Assembly (NCBI GenBank): GCA_963720545.1
Contig: OY970399.1
Coordinates: 1,056,001 to 1,120,000, forward strand
Source of the DNA: an uncultured Acidobacteriota bacterium
Lineage (GTDB): Bacteria; Acidobacteriota; Vicinamibacteria; Fen-336
Length of the DNA stretch: 64,000 nucleotides
Direction of reading: 5' to 3'
Shown here piece after piece: positions 61,600-64,000 of this stretch. Within the stretch, counting starts at the first letter, position 1. Each line of letters begins with the position of its first letter. Both the position numbers and the translations under genes were made by a program. Below the pieces are notes generated by a model. That model did no database searches and had not been told where the DNA came from. It worked only from the letters and a program-made list of their open reading frames with translations.

Positions 61600-62586
61600 A
61601 CGCGATTCGCTACCCCGGAGGCCTGTCCTGGTTGTCACTCTCCGCCCCAGCGGCCACGAAATCGTTGCAGACCTGCGATAGGCGTCACCGGTCAGAGTTC
61701 TTCCTGCGCGCGCGTCAAGTCCCGTTTCACGAGCAGCAGCAAGAGCGGCCTGCCTCGCGTTGCGATGGTTCTGGAACACCCCGAAGTACGAAGCCCCGCT
61801 CCCGGAGAGCGCAGCCAGGGACGCGCCACAGCCACTCATAATGGTGTTCAATTTTGTAATCGGCTCGGCGAGGTCAGGAGCTTCCTCTATCGCCGCCCCC
61901 TGGAGGTCATTGGTCAGCAACGCGAGGGCGTCGCGTTCCTCCTCCAAGTACCTCATAACAAAGCGGTAAATAGTATTGCTATTTTCACGAGGCGTCAACC
62001 GTTCTGCCAGTCGAGCAAACACTCGGGCGGTCTGGACGGGCCGCTTCAGATCTACGATGACTACGCTCGCGCGTAACTGGCGCAGCAACGGGTAGATCTC
62101 GTCGCCACTGCCGACACCAAGCGCTGTGCCTCCGACCAGGAAGAACGGGACGTCGGCTCCGAGCCTGCGGGCCAGCCGATGGAGGCCCAGCACGCCGAGC
62201 TCGAGATCGAGCATGCGGTCGAGGGCCATGAGGACCGCGGCCGCGTCGCTGCTGCCGCCACCCAGGCCACCGGCCACGGGGATGTTCTTTTTTAGGCGGA
62301 TCTCCACCCCCTCCTTGCGGCCGGCATGGCGCAGCAGGTCGGCGGCCGCCCGCACCGCCAGGTTCGTGTCGTCGAGCGGGACCGCGGGATGGTCGCACGC
62401 GATCGTCACCTTGCCGGTCTTCGTGAGGCGCAGGTGCAGGACGTCGTGCAGGTCCACCGTCTGGAAGATGGTGCGCAGTTCGTGGTAGCCGTCGGCCCGC
62501 TTGAAGAGCACTTCGAGACCCAGGTTGACCTTGGCGTGGGCCCTGATCCGCGCCCAGCGGTGCGGGCGCTTCCCGCTCACTGCCAC
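61579..62586 (-). CDS. ispE: 4-diphosphocytidyl-2-C-methyl-D-erythritol kinase
   Basis: AKVNLGL, DGYHELRT, KNIPVAGGLGGGSSDAA, GADVPFF, NDL, LSGSGAS; stop lies inside tRNA-Gln. Confidence 0.95.
   Translation of the reverse strand: MAVSGKRPHRWARIRAHAKVNLGLEVLFKRADGYHELRTIFQTVDLHDVLHLRLTKTGKVTIACDHPAVPLDDTNLAVRAAADLLRHAGRKEGVEIRLKKNIPVAGGLGGGSSDAAAVLMALDRMLDLELGVLGLHRLARRLGADVPFFLVGGTALGVGSGDEIYPLLRQLRASVVIVDLKRPVQTARVFARLAERLTPRENSNTIYRFVMRYLEEERDALALLTNDLQGAAIEEAPDLAEPITKLNTIMSGCGASLAALSGSGASYFGVFQNHRNARQAALAAARETGLDARAGRTLTGDAYRRSATISWPLGRRVTTRTGLRGSESRWGVAKR
61970..61998 (-). promoter_or_regulatory. Sigma70 promoter embedded in ispE, probably driving tRNA-Gln-prs-rplY-pth
   Basis: TTGACG (61998-61993), 17 nt, TACTAT (61975-61970) in a locally AT-rich coding segment. 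Confidence 0.75.
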
Positions 62587-63209
62587 AAGGTGCGGGCTTC
62601 GGCAGCCGCGACGCGCCGGAAGCCGTCGTGCACCGGGGCTGCGAAGGCTTCATCGGCGAGCGCCGGGTCGAGGTCTGCGGCGACGATGCGCAGCTGCAGG
62701 TGGCCGCTGTCGGGCAGCACTGCGTCGACGCGTTCGGGAAAGGCGGGGCCCCAGTCGGCGCGGTAGGTTCGGACCCGTTCTCCGCCGATGCCGACGAGCA
62801 GGTCCATGACTTCGGCCGGGCTCAGTGCGACGCCGAACAATGCCTCGAGATTTGCTGGCGTGGCCTCGCCGTCGAAGAACGCGCGCTCGCCCGGAAAGAC
62901 GGCGACGAACCGGCCGGCGCTGGCCACGGCGATGAGGCGCGCGGAGCCGGGGCCGGGAACCTCGATGCGCAAGGCGTCGGGCCGGCGGAAGCCGACGAGC
63001 ACGGGAGTGCGGGCGCGCAGCTCCGGCCCGTCGAGGCGCAGCCGCAACTCGCCCGAGTAGGTCGCCGCCTGCTTGGCGCGGGCGATGGCGGCGGGGGTTC
63101 CGGGCCGAAACGCCTTGGCGCAGGCGGAGGCCGCGAGGACCGCGAGCACGGCGAGGACTGCGCCGCGCCAGCACGCGCGGCTGGTGCTACCGCTCGTTGG
63201 TGCCGGCAT
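62577..63209 (-). CDS. Putative lipoprotein in the lolB syntenic position (LolB/LolA-like fold suspected)
   Basis: Hydrophobic signal ending ASA-C; RPDALRIE; C-terminal DEAF..P; located between the TPR gene and ispE. Confidence 0.6.
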   Translation of the reverse strand: MPAPTSGSTSRACWRGAVLAVLAVLAASACAKAFRPGTPAAIARAKQAATYSGELRLRLDGPELRARTPVLVGFRRPDALRIEVPGPGSARLIAVASAGRFVAVFPGERAFFDGEATPANLEALFGVALSPAEVMDLLVGIGGERVRTYRADWGPAFPERVDAVLPDSGHLQLRIVAADLDPALADEAFAAPVHDGFRRVAAAEARTLWQ

Positions 63210-64000
63210 TGGCGCTTCGTTCGGCGTCGCGGATCTTCTTCTCCACGAGCGCTCGGTCGAGTTCGCCGTCGTCGTCTTCGCCCGTCAACGCGCGCCGCCA
63301 GAAGCCAAGCGCCCCATCCGCGGAGCCCCGCTTCTTCAGGACGTCGCCGAGGTGATCCAGCATCACCGCGTTCTTGCCGTCCTTCGCGAGCGCCCGGCGC
63401 AGTGTCGTTTCGGCTTCCTCGAAACGGCCGAGGCGAAAGTAGGCCCAGCCGAGGCTGTCGAGATAGGCGCTGCTCTCGGGATCGAGGCCCACGGCCTTTT
63501 CGATCATGCCGAGCGCTTCCGTCACCTTCACTCCCCGGTCGGCGTTCATGTAGCCGAGATAGTTGAGGATCGGCGCCGACTCCGGCTCGATCGCGAGCGC
63601 CTCGCGGAACGCCTGGTCGGCGTCGTCGTGGCGCTTTTGCCGTTCGAGGTTGGCGCCCAGGGCGAAGAGCACCCGCACGTTGCGCGGGTCCTGCGTGCGC
63701 GCGCTGCGCAGCGCCTGCTCGGCCTCGGGCAGCTTGCGCGCCTTCTGGTAGAAGCCGGCGACCTCGAGCAGCACCGGCACGTCTTTGGGCGCACCGGCGC
63801 GCAGCGCTTCGACGACCGCGACCCCGCCGGCGACGTCGCCCCGGGCGCGCAGCGCCTCGGCCTCGAGCGCCGCAAGGTTGGCCTCCTTCGGATACTTCAC
63901 GCGCGCCTTGCGCACCTCGACCAGGGCCTTGTCGTACTGCTTGGCGCTGATCAGCGCTTCGACGAAGTAACCGTAGTTCGCGGCATCGGGGTCGTCGCCT
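63187..64000 (-). CDS. Tetratricopeptide repeat protein, 5'-truncated by window
   Basis: LNYLGYMNAD, AYLDSLGWAYFRLG, DHLGDV; frame open to the window end. Confidence 0.9.
   Translation of the reverse strand, partial: GDDPDAANYGYFVEALISAKQYDKALVEVRKARVKYPKEANLAALEAEALRARGDVAGGVAVVEALRAGAPKDVPVLLEVAGFYQKARKLPEAEQALRSARTQDPRNVRVLFALGANLERQKRHDDADQAFREALAIEPESAPILNYLGYMNADRGVKVTEALGMIEKAVGLDPESSAYLDSLGWAYFRLGRFEEAETTLRRALAKDGKNAVMLDHLGDVLKKRGSADGALGFWRRALTGEDDDGELDRALVEKKIRDAERSANAGTNER

Noticed and set aside
61555..62076. 173-aa plus-strand ORF over the AT-rich ispE segment
   Set aside because: It starts inside the tRNA on the antisense strand with no motifs; the AT richness is better explained by the embedded promoter.

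Overview
High-GC bacterial chromosomal window, most likely Acidobacteriota and probably Vicinamibacteria-like. This is inferred from gene order and the Cys-rich RpoB insertion, not from a database search. It is mostly the core translation/transcription supercluster on the minus strand: TPR-lipoprotein-ispE-tRNA(Gln)-prs-rplY-pth; rpsF-rpsR-DUF2232-rplI-dnaB; alr-radA-PIN/TRAM-dacB-B3/4-UvrD/nuclease-DUF3052-dehydrogenase-rmuC-ispD-ispF-rlmB; four tRNAs-tuf-rpmG-tRNA(Trp)-secE-nusG-rplKAJL-rpoBC; then the str, S10, spc and alpha operons down to rplQ. A partial EF-G paralog and a TonB-family gene sit on the plus strand at the left end. I found no rRNA, CRISPR array, transposase or prophage. The most unusual elements are: (1) a soluble Ser/Thr kinase-BRCT fusion inserted antisense between dnaB and alr-radA; (2) a PNPOx-DUF1059-ECF sigma-ZAS module at the rpoC-rpsL junction with a twice-repeated candidate ECF promoter (GTCACA-N12/13-CGGCATC); (3) a degenerate IF-1 in the infA position; (4) a near-consensus sigma70 promoter inside ispE, whose reading frame ends inside tRNA-Gln; (5) a probable CTG start for dacB; (6) long low-complexity tails on RlmB and L4; (7) several structured intergenic elements. 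All functional interpretations are hypotheses from sequence inspection only.
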